Source: an uncultured Bdellovibrio sp. (GTDB lineage Bacteria > Bdellovibrionota > Bdellovibrionia > Bdellovibrionales > Bdellovibrionaceae). Taken from it: a DNA stretch of 64,000 bases. The DNA lies in the NCBI GenBank assembly GCA_963932905.1, contig CAWVRN010000001.1:64001-128000 (forward strand), in the 5' to 3' direction. Each line of letters opens with the position of its first letter. The stretch's first letter is position 1. Shown piece by piece: positions 1-9,607 of the stretch. The notes below the pieces were generated by a model. It was not told where the DNA came from and did no database searches. It saw only the letters and a list, made by a program, of their open reading frames with translations. The translations under genes and the position numbers were made by a program.

Positions 1-483
1 AAAGTAAGAACAGGCCGCGCACAAGTTTCGATGTTAGATAACGTACGTGTTAACTACTACGGCCAAATGGTTCCGCTTTCGCAAGTAGCTTCTATTTCGA
101 CTCCAGACCCAAGATCATTCATGATCGCGCCTTGGGAAGTCGCTATTCTTAAAGAAATCGAACAATCCATCGTAAAAAGTGATCTAGGTATGGCTCCAAT
201 GAATGACGGTAAAGTTATTCGTTTGAAAGTACCTGATCTGAATGAAGAGCGCCGTAAAGAACTTGTGAAACAAGTCAAAAAGATCGCTGAAGACATGCGT
301 GTTGCTATCCGTATGGCTCGCAGAGATGCTAATGACGAAGTAAAAAAAGCGCTTAAAGATAAAACTATTTCTGAAGATGAATCAAAAAAATCAGAAGCAG
401 ATATTCAAAAAATGACTGACGATTTTATCAAAAAAATCGACACAGTTTCAGCGGAAAAAGAAAAGTCTCTACTAACCGTTTAG
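1..483 (+). CDS. frr: Ribosome recycling factor (5' end outside the window)
   Basis: Frame open from base 1 (KVRTGRAQVSMLD...); RRF motifs RTGRA, NDGKVIRL, EERRKELVK, RRDAN; upstream of uppS. Confidence 0.97.
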   Translation, partial: KVRTGRAQVSMLDNVRVNYYGQMVPLSQVASISTPDPRSFMIAPWEVAILKEIEQSIVKSDLGMAPMNDGKVIRLKVPDLNEERRKELVKQVKKIAEDMRVAIRMARRDANDEVKKALKDKTISEDESKKSEADIQKMTDDFIKKIDTVSAEKEKSLLTV

Positions 484-495
484 GCTTTATATTTA

Positions 496-1221
496 ATGAA
501 AACTCCAAAACATTTAGCAATCATTATGGACGGCAATGGACGATGGGCAGAACAGCACCATCGCCCGCGAGTTTATGGCCACGTCAAAGGGACCAGGGTT
601 GCTAAAAACATTATTCAAGAATGTTCGCGTTTAGGAGTTAAATATTTAACTCTGTATGCTTTCAGCACTGAAAATTGGCTGCGTCCACAAGCTGAAGTGG
701 CTTTCTTGATGAAAATCCTTCGCCGTTACCTTAAAAAGGAAACTCAAAATTTAATCAAAGAAAATATTCGTTTCACAGTTATTGGTGAAATCGATCGGTT
801 GCCAGCGGATGTTGTTTCCTCTGTTGATTCAGCTATGTCTGCGACGGAAAAATGTACAGGTTTAAATCTTGTTTTTGCGATCAGTTATGGTTCAAAGCAA
901 GAGATCACAAATGCCGTAAAAAAATTAGCCGAAAAAGTTGCTGCGGGCGAAATGATAGCGGACCAAATTGATGAAGCTACCATTCAATCGTATCTGTCGA
1001 CTGCTGGAACACCAGACCCTGACTTGATTATAAGAACGAGTGGCGAACAAAGATTAAGTAATTTCCTTCTTTGGCAAGCGGCTTATTCTGAGTTTTATTT
1101 TACAAACCAATTATGGCCTGACTTCACTGCCGCTGATTTGAAATTAGCGTTTGAAGACTATGGCAATCGACAACGTCGTTTCGGAAAAGTAGCGCACAAA
1201 AATGAAATCACTCTTAACTAG
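496..1221 (+). CDS. uppS: Undecaprenyl diphosphate synthase
   Basis: HLAIIMDGNGRWA, YAFSTENW, DLIIRTSGEQRLSNFLLWQ motifs. Confidence 0.97.
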   Translation: MKTPKHLAIIMDGNGRWAEQHHRPRVYGHVKGTRVAKNIIQECSRLGVKYLTLYAFSTENWLRPQAEVAFLMKILRRYLKKETQNLIKENIRFTVIGEIDRLPADVVSSVDSAMSATEKCTGLNLVFAISYGSKQEITNAVKKLAEKVAAGEMIADQIDEATIQSYLSTAGTPDPDLIIRTSGEQRLSNFLLWQAAYSEFYFTNQLWPDFTAADLKLAFEDYGNRQRRFGKVAHKNEITLN

Positions 1222-2023
1222 AGCGTCCTCAGCTATCGTTGCTGTCATTACCATTTTCTTTTTGTATTACTTCCTGGAAAAAAATGGATTTAAGGTTTTA
1301 ATCGCGTTCGGTGTTTTGGTTGGCAGTTATGAGCTGATGAAAATGTTGATGAAAGATTCTGACTCAAGATCTAATAAGTTTGCGTTTTATAGCCTGCTTG
1401 TTTGTATTTTTGGATTATGCAGTATTTTTCCTGGCACTTCGGCAATCATTTTTGCCTTTGTTTCTATCGTCTATTTACTATTTAGTATCCTGATTCTTCA
1501 TAAATTTGAATCCTTGGAAGAGCTTCATACATTTCAATCTAAAAGCATTATGGGATTTTTCTACATGGGGTTGCTTCCAAGTTTTATGATACAGATATTG
1601 GATCTTCCTCATGGAATGATTTGGTTTATCGCTTTGCTGGCTATCGTGTTCGCGGGTGATATTGGCGCCTACCTTGTGGGTATGAATTTCGGTAAAAACA
1701 AGATCATGCCACTGGTTTCACCTAAGAAAACCGTCGAAGGATCCATCGGCGGCATTTTGTTTTCTGTTGTAACAGCAATAGTTCTTTCGTATTACCTTGA
1801 ACACATTAACCCAATCGCCCTAGTTTTATTAGCTATCCCAACGTCGGTGGTGGCTCAGTTTGGTGATTTCTTTGAATCCGTCATTAAACGAGTCGCCGAA
1901 GTTAAAGACTCAGGTAAAATCATGCCCGGGCATGGCGGCGTATTAGATCGAGTCGATGGGGTTTTATTTGCTGCGCCGGTGATTTTATTTGGCGCTAGCG
2001 CACTAGAAGGCCTACTCACTTAG
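1202..2023 (+). CDS. cdsA: Phosphatidate cytidylyltransferase
   Basis: Hydrophobic; SPKKTVEG and GDFFES..KR..VKDSG..PGHGGVLDRVD signature. Confidence 0.96.
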   Translation: MKSLLTRASSAIVAVITIFFLYYFLEKNGFKVLIAFGVLVGSYELMKMLMKDSDSRSNKFAFYSLLVCIFGLCSIFPGTSAIIFAFVSIVYLLFSILILHKFESLEELHTFQSKSIMGFFYMGLLPSFMIQILDLPHGMIWFIALLAIVFAGDIGAYLVGMNFGKNKIMPLVSPKKTVEGSIGGILFSVVTAIVLSYYLEHINPIALVLLAIPTSVVAQFGDFFESVIKRVAEVKDSGKIMPGHGGVLDRVDGVLFAAPVILFGASALEGLLT

Positions 2024-2048
2024 ACCTAAGTCCTTGCCAAATTTCAAA

Positions 2049-2077
2049 TTACACAATGTAGATTTCTTAGTTATAAT
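2049..2077 (+). promoter_or_regulatory. Candidate sigma70 promoter of rseP
   Basis: TTACAC-17bp-TATAAT; -10 ends 6 nt before the ATG. Confidence 0.5.
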
Positions 2078-2083
2078 CAAGAA

Positions 2084-3775
2084 ATGGACATAATACTAAG
2101 CTATTTGCATTCGGGGTTTACTCAAGTTTTTTCTTTTATCGTACTTTTAGGTGTACTGGTTTTTGTTCACGAGCTTGGACATTTTCTAGTGGCTCGCTGG
2201 TGCGGCGTACGTGTTGAAGTTTTCAGCTTGGGTTTCGGTAAAAAAATATTTCAATATAAAAAAGATGAAACCACATACTGCATTTCAATCATTCCTCTGG
2301 GTGGTTACGTAAAAATGTTCGGTGAGCAACCGGGTGAAACGATTCCGGCATCTGAACATCCATTCTCTTTCTCGCATAAAAAAGTTAGCCAACGGATCGC
2401 TGTAATTTTGGCAGGCCCGTTGATGAATTTAATTTTTGCATTTTTCATTTTTATGATCGTTAGTTCAATGGGTGAACTAGTTAAGGCTCCGGTAGTTGGC
2501 GAGGTGCAACCTCTATCAGCCGCAGAGAAAGCGGGTTTCAAACCGGGTGACCGCATTCTTTCTGTAAACAACGAAAATATAACTACGTGGGATGATTTCC
2601 AAGCCAACCTGGATAAGAACTTAGATTCTAGCATTGCGATCGCGGTAGAGCGCGAAAACACGAAAGAACAAGTTAAACTAGATATTCCTGTAAAAGCGAA
2701 AAAAAATCCAAACGTAGTTTCTTCTAAAACAATGATTGGTGATATCGACGGTTTGAATTTATTTTCGTATGCGGCCGTTATTGCTGTATCGCCTAACTCG
2801 CCATTGGCTGCGGCGGGCGTGATGAGTGGTGACCGGGTTGTTAAAATCAATGACGTCGAGATTTTGAACTTTAGAGATTTGGCACCAGAGTTAGATAAGC
2901 TCTATAACATGCCAGGCGCCGCAAAACCCGCAGAGCTGAAAATAAAAATTGCCAGAAACGAAAGTGATTCGAAAGCGAAACTAGAAAAAGAAATTACTGT
3001 CACCGGTATCGACGCATCAAAACCAGTCTCACTAGAGAGTCTTAAAATTGAATCAACTCAATTGTACGTCGATCGCGTGATGCCTGATTCTCCCGCTCAG
3101 ACGGCGGGTTTGCTAAAAGGTGACCGTATTGTATCGATTAATGGTAAAAAATTGATGGTATGGGAAGATATATTAAACAATATCAAATCGTACGAAGGCA
3201 GCGGCAAAGTCACGATGGAAATCCTTCGTGGCGAGGAAACAGTTAAACTCGACGTTGTTCCTAACATGACCACGCATATGACTCCCCACGGAACCGAAGA
3301 AAAGCGATTTACAATCGGCATCAGCCCTTACTTGATGTATGCGGCTCCAGAAACTGTTTTACTTAAATTTACAGATATCTCTTCAATTGTTAAACGTTCG
3401 GCAGAGCGTACTTGGGAAGTATCGGTGATGACGGTTTTAAGTTTCGTTAAATTGCTTAGCGCCGAACTTTCGCCAAAAAATATTGGTGGTATTTTTTCGA
3501 TCGCACAGGCTGCAAATGAAACGTTTAAAATTGGTTTAGTTGCGTTCTTGCAAATGATGGCACTTATATCGATCAACCTATTTATTCTGAATCTACTGCC
3601 GATTCCGATCTTGGATGGTGGTCATTTAGTGTTCTACATCATCGAAGCAATTAAGGGATCACCACTGAGCTTAAATAAAATCGAGTTAGCTCATAAAGTT
3701 GGAATGATTTTACTTTTCAGCTTGATGGTTTTTGCGCTATTCAATGACTTCCGACGCATGCTCGGCTTTATGTAA
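2084..3775 (+). CDS. rseP: RIP metalloprotease RseP with an extended (about three) PDZ region
   Basis: HELGH, IPLGGYVKM, AGPLMN, NLLPIPILDGG; three SxA..AG...GDR PDZ-like units. Confidence 0.95.
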   Translation: MDIILSYLHSGFTQVFSFIVLLGVLVFVHELGHFLVARWCGVRVEVFSLGFGKKIFQYKKDETTYCISIIPLGGYVKMFGEQPGETIPASEHPFSFSHKKVSQRIAVILAGPLMNLIFAFFIFMIVSSMGELVKAPVVGEVQPLSAAEKAGFKPGDRILSVNNENITTWDDFQANLDKNLDSSIAIAVERENTKEQVKLDIPVKAKKNPNVVSSKTMIGDIDGLNLFSYAAVIAVSPNSPLAAAGVMSGDRVVKINDVEILNFRDLAPELDKLYNMPGAAKPAELKIKIARNESDSKAKLEKEITVTGIDASKPVSLESLKIESTQLYVDRVMPDSPAQTAGLLKGDRIVSINGKKLMVWEDILNNIKSYEGSGKVTMEILRGEETVKLDVVPNMTTHMTPHGTEEKRFTIGISPYLMYAAPETVLLKFTDISSIVKRSAERTWEVSVMTVLSFVKLLSAELSPKNIGGIFSIAQAANETFKIGLVAFLQMMALISINLFILNLLPIPILDGGHLVFYIIEAIKGSPLSLNKIELAHKVGMILLFSLMVFALFNDFRRMLGFM

Positions 3776-4504
3776 ATGAAAATACTTGCCCTAGAATCCT
3801 CTACAGCCCACGGAAGTGTGGCCCTATTAGATAGCGATGATGTGAAATTTCAAACATCATCGCGTGAACAAAAAAGTCATAGCGAAATTCTACACACATT
3901 TATTGAACAGGGTTTGACGAAACTACAGTGGAAAATTGCCGATATTGATTTATTTGCATCCACCATCGGCCCCGGAAGCTTCACCGGAATTCGTGTTTCT
4001 ATTAACTCGGCAAAATCATTCGCATTTGTGTTTAATAAACCTATCATCGGCGTCGATTCTTTGCTGAATCTGGCTCACGTAAATATAGATGTTTTGAAAA
4101 ATTCAAAAGATACAAAAAAAATCACGTGCATGATCAATGCTTATAAAAATATGGTGTATCTTGGACAATATTCTTTAAACGATGGAAAAATATCCGTCGC
4201 TACAGAACCATCAGTCGTTCGTGTGCAAGACCTAGGCACCGTGATCAAAGACAAAACGCTAGTCGTTGGTGATGGCTATACCGTGTACGAGCCCCACTTT
4301 AGTGATCAAATCAAGCCTTTGTCTCTTAGACTAGCCGGCCTCTCCGACCATCCTACAGCGGAAATGACCGGAAAGTTGGCTTTGAAAATTTGGACTGAAA
4401 AAAAGTCTAACTCAACCTTTGAATGGAATTTAATAACACCCCTTTACCTTCGTGCTTCTGAAGCCGAAGAGAATAAAAAGGGCATTAAATACACACCATT
4501 ATGA
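3776..4504 (+). CDS. tsaB: tRNA threonylcarbamoyladenosine biosynthesis protein TsaB
   Basis: MKILALESST, HSE, GPGSFTGIR, PLYLR motifs. Confidence 0.93.
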   Translation: MKILALESSTAHGSVALLDSDDVKFQTSSREQKSHSEILHTFIEQGLTKLQWKIADIDLFASTIGPGSFTGIRVSINSAKSFAFVFNKPIIGVDSLLNLAHVNIDVLKNSKDTKKITCMINAYKNMVYLGQYSLNDGKISVATEPSVVRVQDLGTVIKDKTLVVGDGYTVYEPHFSDQIKPLSLRLAGLSDHPTAEMTGKLALKIWTEKKSNSTFEWNLITPLYLRASEAEENKKGIKYTPL

Positions 4505-4516
4505 GGTTCAGTTCAC

Positions 4517-5458
4517 ATGGAATTAGTGAATAAAATAGGTTCGTCGGAGACGAATAAAAAAAATATCTGGGCAGTTCAATCAGGCAAAGGCGGCGTCGGA
4601 AAAACGTTTGTGACTTCAAGCTTGGCTCTTACACTTTCAAAATTACAATACAGTGTGCTTGTTATCGATTTAGATTTAAGCGGTGCCAACATTCACACAG
4701 CGCTTGGTTTAAATCCATCACACCTAAATTTACGACATTACCTTGAGGGACAAAAAGATATCTCTCAAATTATCATACCTACCTCATATCCTAAATTGTC
4801 TTACATTCAAGGCATCTGGGATTCATGGCTACCTTTTAATTTTAATGAATTTGATGAACAGAAATTTTTCACTGATTTGCGCGCGCTCGACTTCGATTAT
4901 ATACTTATCGATTTTGGTGTGGGTTCTTTTGAAAAGTATTTCAATCTATACTTGGAATGCGATGAGAAAATTCTGGTTTCGTCACCAGAACCTACTAGCA
5001 TAGAAAAAAATTATCGCTTTATCGAAAGCTACATTTGCCAAAACTTAAAAAGCAAATCAACTCCAGAGGCTTTTGCAAAATTGATTTCTACACTAAGAGA
5101 TTTCCGTCATAAAGCTTTAGATAAACCTTTTTCTTTCAAAACTTATTTAAAAGAAAATGAAGGTCTAACTCTTGAACCGTTCAATAAATTAAATCGCGAA
5201 CCTATTAAATTGATTTTGAATGGTATTCGCTCGCACTCGGTTTCTGATTTGGGTTACTCCATCAAAAGTGTTTGCAATAAGTACTATGGTTTACATGTTG
5301 AATACGTTGGCTTCCTAGAGTTCGACAATTCAGTATGGCAATCGATAAAGAATCGCGAGCCCGTATTGATTTCTCAGCCCTTTACTCCAGTAGCTGGTCA
5401 ATTTTTAAACATCTGTAAAAACTTAACAGAGCCTGAAAATTTACGAGCTGTTGTCTAA
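4517..5458 (+). CDS. MinD/ParA/FlhG-family P-loop ATPase
   Basis: Deviant Walker [26 protein letters not shown]. Confidence 0.88.
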   Translation: MELVNKIGSSETNKKNIWAVQSGKGGVGKTFVTSSLALTLSKLQYSVLVIDLDLSGANIHTALGLNPSHLNLRHYLEGQKDISQIIIPTSYPKLSYIQGIWDSWLPFNFNEFDEQKFFTDLRALDFDYILIDFGVGSFEKYFNLYLECDEKILVSSPEPTSIEKNYRFIESYICQNLKSKSTPEAFAKLISTLRDFRHKALDKPFSFKTYLKENEGLTLEPFNKLNREPIKLILNGIRSHSVSDLGYSIKSVCNKYYGLHVEYVGFLEFDNSVWQSIKNREPVLISQPFTPVAGQFLNICKNLTEPENLRAVV

Positions 5459-5533
5459 CAACGTTGGTCGGGGTTTTTTGACCCAGACCAAGGACTGAGT
5501 ATTCAGCTTAAATAGATTTAAAATGATTTGGTC

Positions 5534-5563
5534 TTGAACTCCCTGTACTTAAATCGATATAAT
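5534..5563 (+). promoter_or_regulatory. Candidate sigma70 promoter
   Basis: TTGAAC-18bp-TATAAT upstream of the 5613 gene. Confidence 0.6.
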
Positions 5564-5612
5564 CCTAGGTAAGGAAAATATTAATTTAAAGGATTTAAAT
5601 TAGGGCAGCCTT

Positions 5613-6224
5613 ATGAAATCAAATTTTTACGAAATTCTAGAACTTACAACAAACGCCGCTCAACACGAAATTACGACTGCGTACGAGCGAGCAAAAACAA
5701 CCTATTCTGGCGACAATCCAGCAATCTACACAATCTTTAGCGATCACGAAGCACGTGAACTACTATCTATGATCGAAGAAGCCTATTCTATTTTAGGCAA
5801 TAAAACTTTAAGAAATATTTACGATCAACGCTTGCTAGGTCATTCAAAAATTAACCCTGAAGATCTAACCTACGATTCAATTTTAAATGCTAGTCGTTTA
5901 ATTTTCCAAGAGTCAAAAGTAGACACTAAAAAAGCCACTTTCGTTCGCAATGAAGAGTTAGAAAAAGAAATTGCCGAATGCACAAACTGGAACGGCGACA
6001 TGCTAAAAAAAGTTCGCGAATATAAAAATGTGACTCTTGAAAAACTTAGCGAAACAATCAAAGTGAATTCTTTCTATATCAAAGCCATCGAAGCGATGAC
6101 TCCGAACAATTTACCAGCACCTGTTTTTGTTCGTGGATATGTAATTCAAATGGCAAAAGAGCTTGGCTTAAATAGCAAAATCGTTGCTGATTCTTACATG
6201 AAAAACTATAGTAAAGCGAACTAA
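5613..6224 (+). CDS. J-like domain plus RodZ-type HTH protein
   Basis: N-term NFYEILEL...IEEAYSILGN..LRNIYD (J fold, no HPD); C-term LKKVRE..LEKLS...YIKAIE...LPAPVFVRGY. Confidence 0.8.
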   Translation: MKSNFYEILELTTNAAQHEITTAYERAKTTYSGDNPAIYTIFSDHEARELLSMIEEAYSILGNKTLRNIYDQRLLGHSKINPEDLTYDSILNASRLIFQESKVDTKKATFVRNEELEKEIAECTNWNGDMLKKVREYKNVTLEKLSETIKVNSFYIKAIEAMTPNNLPAPVFVRGYVIQMAKELGLNSKIVADSYMKNYSKAN

Positions 6225-6229
6225 CTCAG

Positions 6230-7219
6230 ATGGCCGAGCGACTTATCTTTATCGTCGCTGATTCTTCTGCCGATTCCCGTTTAGACAAATACTTGTCATT
6301 GCAAAGCCCGATTTCATCACGTTCTCGGGCTGAATATTTAATTGATTCATCTTTAGTTACTGTTAATGGAAAGTCCGCTAAGTCGTCTTATAAATTGCGA
6401 ATCGGTGATAAAATTGAAGTTGAACTGCCGTCGCCTAAATCGACAGAAATAAGACCTTTCGATATCGAATTAGACATTCGATATGAAGACGATGATATTA
6501 TCGTCGTGAATAAACCTGCCGGTTTAGTTGTTCATCCAGCGGCAGGCCATGAAAACGACACGCTGGTGAACGCGTTGATGGCACATACAAAAAACTTGTC
6601 GATGAAATTTGGCGAAGATCGCCCCGGCATCGTTCATCGTATTGATAAAGAAACCAGTGGACTTCTAGTTATCGCGAAGAACGACTTTGCTCATCAACAC
6701 CTAAGTGATCAATTCAAAGCTCGTAGCATTACACGTTTGTACGAAGCTGTCTGTATCGGCGAGCCTAAGCAAGCCGAAGCTAAAATTACATCCATCATTG
6801 CTCGTCATCCTAATGATCGAAAGCGATTTGCTTCCGTGAAAGATACCCGTGGAAAAATTATCACGGCACCGTCTGAAGAAATCACAATCGGTAAAATAGC
6901 CATCTCCAGCTACAAAGTTTTAAAAAGCAAATCAACGGCATCACTTGTTCAATTGAAATTGTTCACAGGACGCACTCATCAAATTCGCGTGCATATGTCT
7001 GAATTGGGTCATCCCCTGCTTGGTGATAAACTCTATGCTTCGCCAATGGCCTCGAAAAAGATCGCGGGTGAAATGAAAAGCGAGATCGAATCTATGAATC
7101 GATTTCTTCTACATGCTAAAATTTTGGGGTTCATTCACCCAAAGACAGGAAAAGAAATGCATTTCGAAGTCGACTGGCCAACGCAGGAAAAAACATTTAT
7201 TCAAAAGTGGTTTCCATGA
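6230..7219 (+). CDS. rluD: RluA/RluD-family 23S rRNA pseudouridine synthase
   Basis: S4 domain RLDKYL; VNKPAGLVVHP; GIVHRIDKETSG; TGRTHQIRVH. Confidence 0.93.
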   Translation: MAERLIFIVADSSADSRLDKYLSLQSPISSRSRAEYLIDSSLVTVNGKSAKSSYKLRIGDKIEVELPSPKSTEIRPFDIELDIRYEDDDIIVVNKPAGLVVHPAAGHENDTLVNALMAHTKNLSMKFGEDRPGIVHRIDKETSGLLVIAKNDFAHQHLSDQFKARSITRLYEAVCIGEPKQAEAKITSIIARHPNDRKRFASVKDTRGKIITAPSEEITIGKIAISSYKVLKSKSTASLVQLKLFTGRTHQIRVHMSELGHPLLGDKLYASPMASKKIAGEMKSEIESMNRFLLHAKILGFIHPKTGKEMHFEVDWPTQEKTFIQKWFP

Positions 7220-7890
7220 TTCAAAAAACAAAAGGCTTATTCTTTGAAGACGACAAGATCGAAGTTTTCTTCGGTAATAAACATTACGCACTAACTGAAC
7301 TAACAAGTTTAAAGCCAACTGGCGTGCACACAGTAAAACAAACTCATAGCGATGTATTCCATATCATCACTCGCCCCGAACCAATTCATCCGCAACCAGA
7401 AGGCGATGCTTTAGGAACCGATGTGCCTAAACAGTACTTAGCAATTAAAACTGCTGATTGTTTGCCGGTGATGATTCATGATCCTGAAAACAAACGTATA
7501 GCTGCAATCCACGCGGGGTGGAAAGGCGTTGCGGTCGGTATCGCACCTAAAACGGTAAAACAGTATTTTGAAAAATCTAAGACACTAAGACTCTTCATCG
7601 GCCCACACATCATGAAAAACTCTTTTGAAATAAAAAACGATGTGCTAGAGCAGCTTAAGAATTCATTGCCCGCAACTGCGTGGCCCAAAGTGAACGTAGA
7701 AACCCGAGGCGACAAATTCCACGTAGATCTAACCGAGGTCGTTGAACTTCAAATCAAATCCCAATTCCCAAACATTCAGTTCTCGGTAGAAAAAGCAAAT
7801 ATAGACACAAAAACATCCGATAACTACAATTCCTTCCGCCGAGACTCCGCAAACGCCGGTCGAAATATCTCCTACATCCGCTTAAAATAA
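7216..7890 (+). CDS. pgeF: YfiH/PgeF laccase-domain (purine nucleoside phosphorylase-like) protein
   Basis: QTHS, TADCLPV, AIHAGWKG, SFRR; ATGA overlap with the rluD stop; canonical synteny. Confidence 0.9.
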   Translation: MIQKTKGLFFEDDKIEVFFGNKHYALTELTSLKPTGVHTVKQTHSDVFHIITRPEPIHPQPEGDALGTDVPKQYLAIKTADCLPVMIHDPENKRIAAIHAGWKGVAVGIAPKTVKQYFEKSKTLRLFIGPHIMKNSFEIKNDVLEQLKNSLPATAWPKVNVETRGDKFHVDLTEVVELQIKSQFPNIQFSVEKANIDTKTSDNYNSFRRDSANAGRNISYIRLK

Positions 7891-7916
7891 AAAAGCCCCA
7901 ACATTACTGTTGAGGC
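7889..7916 (-). terminator. Intrinsic terminator (minus strand, after the S8 peptidase)
   Basis: GCCTCAACA-gtaa-TGTTGGGGC stem followed by a T run on the minus strand. Confidence 0.65.
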
Positions 7917-8011
7917 CTTCATTACATTTTGATCTTCAAAATTCGTATCAAACCACTCTCTTCAATACCCACAACTAACGCGCCGGGTACCAGAATGTTA
8001 GGAGGTACCTT

Positions 8012-9388
8012 TTATCTCCAGCGAACGGCGCTTGAGTTTAGGATTTGTACTGTTTTGGCTACGTTTAAGCGGCCACCAGATACTGTTACACCTTTTAGTG
8101 ATGGTAATTGATCTACACCAGCAAGCATGGCTTGTTTAAGTGCCAGAACAGCAGGGCCAGGGTTTGTGTAATATTTTTGGATGAATTGCTCATTCGCTGC
8201 TGCGTGGATCAATGCAATCGCACCGGCTACGTGAGGAGTCGCCATTGAAGTTCCAGTCAGGTTTGAATATTTGTTACCCGGAACAGTTGATAAGATGTTT
8301 GTTCCAGGAGCACCCAGATCGATTGTGCGTGCACCGTAACCAGATTGTGGATACTTAGCATTTTCTTTTGTCGTGTTCGTAACAGAAACGATGTACTCAG
8401 AAGCGCAACCAGTTGGTACGTCGCCTTGTTGATCCACGTTTACGTTGTTGTTAGCAGTCGCTGCCGCTGACAGAATACCTAGTTGACCCATTTGTTCATA
8501 TAGATCATTCCAAACTGGGAATTCACCCTTTTTGCAATCCGCATTGTCCACACCAAAGCTAGAATTAGTAGATACGATATTGGCACCACGCTGACCCTTA
8601 GAGTTGTACCAAAGTTTTTTCTGTTCAATGATGTAACCGTATGCTTTCGCAACAGTGGCCGTTGTTCCTGAAGCACCTTGGACCGCCATGATTTTAACAT
8701 TCCAGTTAACACCAGAAACACCGCGACCGTTGCTGCCTCTTGCTCCAACTGTACCCATTACGTGAGTTCCGTGGGTATCTGATGTGATATTTCCTGAATT
8801 GTTGAATGCATTCCAACCATAAACGTCATCGATGAATCCGTTAGCATCATCATCTTTACCGTTATTTGGAATTTCACCGCGATTAACGTAGATGTTTTCT
8901 CTTAGATCCTCGTGAGTTAAATCAAAGCCGCCGTCAACAACTGCAACTACGATATCACGACCACCTTTGTCTTTACCGCCGGTTGTAATATTCCAAACAG
9001 CCGCTGCATTGATACCTGAGCCTTCGATCATGTCCCATTGTTGATTAAACATTGGATCGTTAGGCAGTCCTCTCATGAAATTCATAGGTGCACGCAAAAA
9101 TACGTAATGATTTGGTTGAGCATAAGCAACACCCTTCACACGGTAAGCTGCTCCAAGAGCCTCCCGAGTCGTCGCTTTTCCTTTAACTAGGTATAGATTC
9201 AAAGTTGTTGAAACAACTTCTTTAATTTGTAGGCCTTGAGCCTGAAGGGCCGCTACGGCGTACTGTGGATTATATGCACCTTGGAAGCGTACGATAAATT
9301 CACCCGCAACATTCTGTCCTTGTCTGATTTGCTGTGCTTGTGCACCGATCGCTAAAATGATTGTTAATAATACCGAAAATAATTTCAT
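8012..9388 (-). CDS. Secreted S8 subtilisin-like serine peptidase
   Basis: Signal peptide; triad motifs VVDGG, HGTHV, GTSMATPHV. Confidence 0.95.
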   Translation of the reverse strand: MKLFSVLLTIILAIGAQAQQIRQGQNVAGEFIVRFQGAYNPQYAVAALQAQGLQIKEVVSTTLNLYLVKGKATTREALGAAYRVKGVAYAQPNHYVFLRAPMNFMRGLPNDPMFNQQWDMIEGSGINAAAVWNITTGGKDKGGRDIVVAVVDGGFDLTHEDLRENIYVNRGEIPNNGKDDDANGFIDDVYGWNAFNNSGNITSDTHGTHVMGTVGARGSNGRGVSGVNWNVKIMAVQGASGTTATVAKAYGYIIEQKKLWYNSKGQRGANIVSTNSSFGVDNADCKKGEFPVWNDLYEQMGQLGILSAAATANNNVNVDQQGDVPTGCASEYIVSVTNTTKENAKYPQSGYGARTIDLGAPGTNILSTVPGNKYSNLTGTSMATPHVAGAIALIHAAANEQFIQKYYTNPGPAVLALKQAMLAGVDQLPSLKGVTVSGGRLNVAKTVQILNSSAVRWR

Positions 9389-9607
9389 GGTAAAAACCCC
9401 CCGTGGTCGAAACCTGCCGACACGCTATTTGCTAAGTAGCTGTTTTAGCAAATTTAATCTCCGCTAAGACGCGAAGCCAATTTTTATACGACCTATAAAT
9501 TTTTCTCATCTTTGTGAAATACAGCTTTTTCCCTTAATTTGCCTTGTATTTTAGCTCTATAAAAGATTAATAAAATCGAACCTTTACGTATCATTCAGGA
9601 GGACCAT

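Noticed and set aside
7985..8011. GGTACC...GGTACC short inverted repeat after the S8 gene
   Set aside because: Only one short instance in the window; not enough to call a REP family
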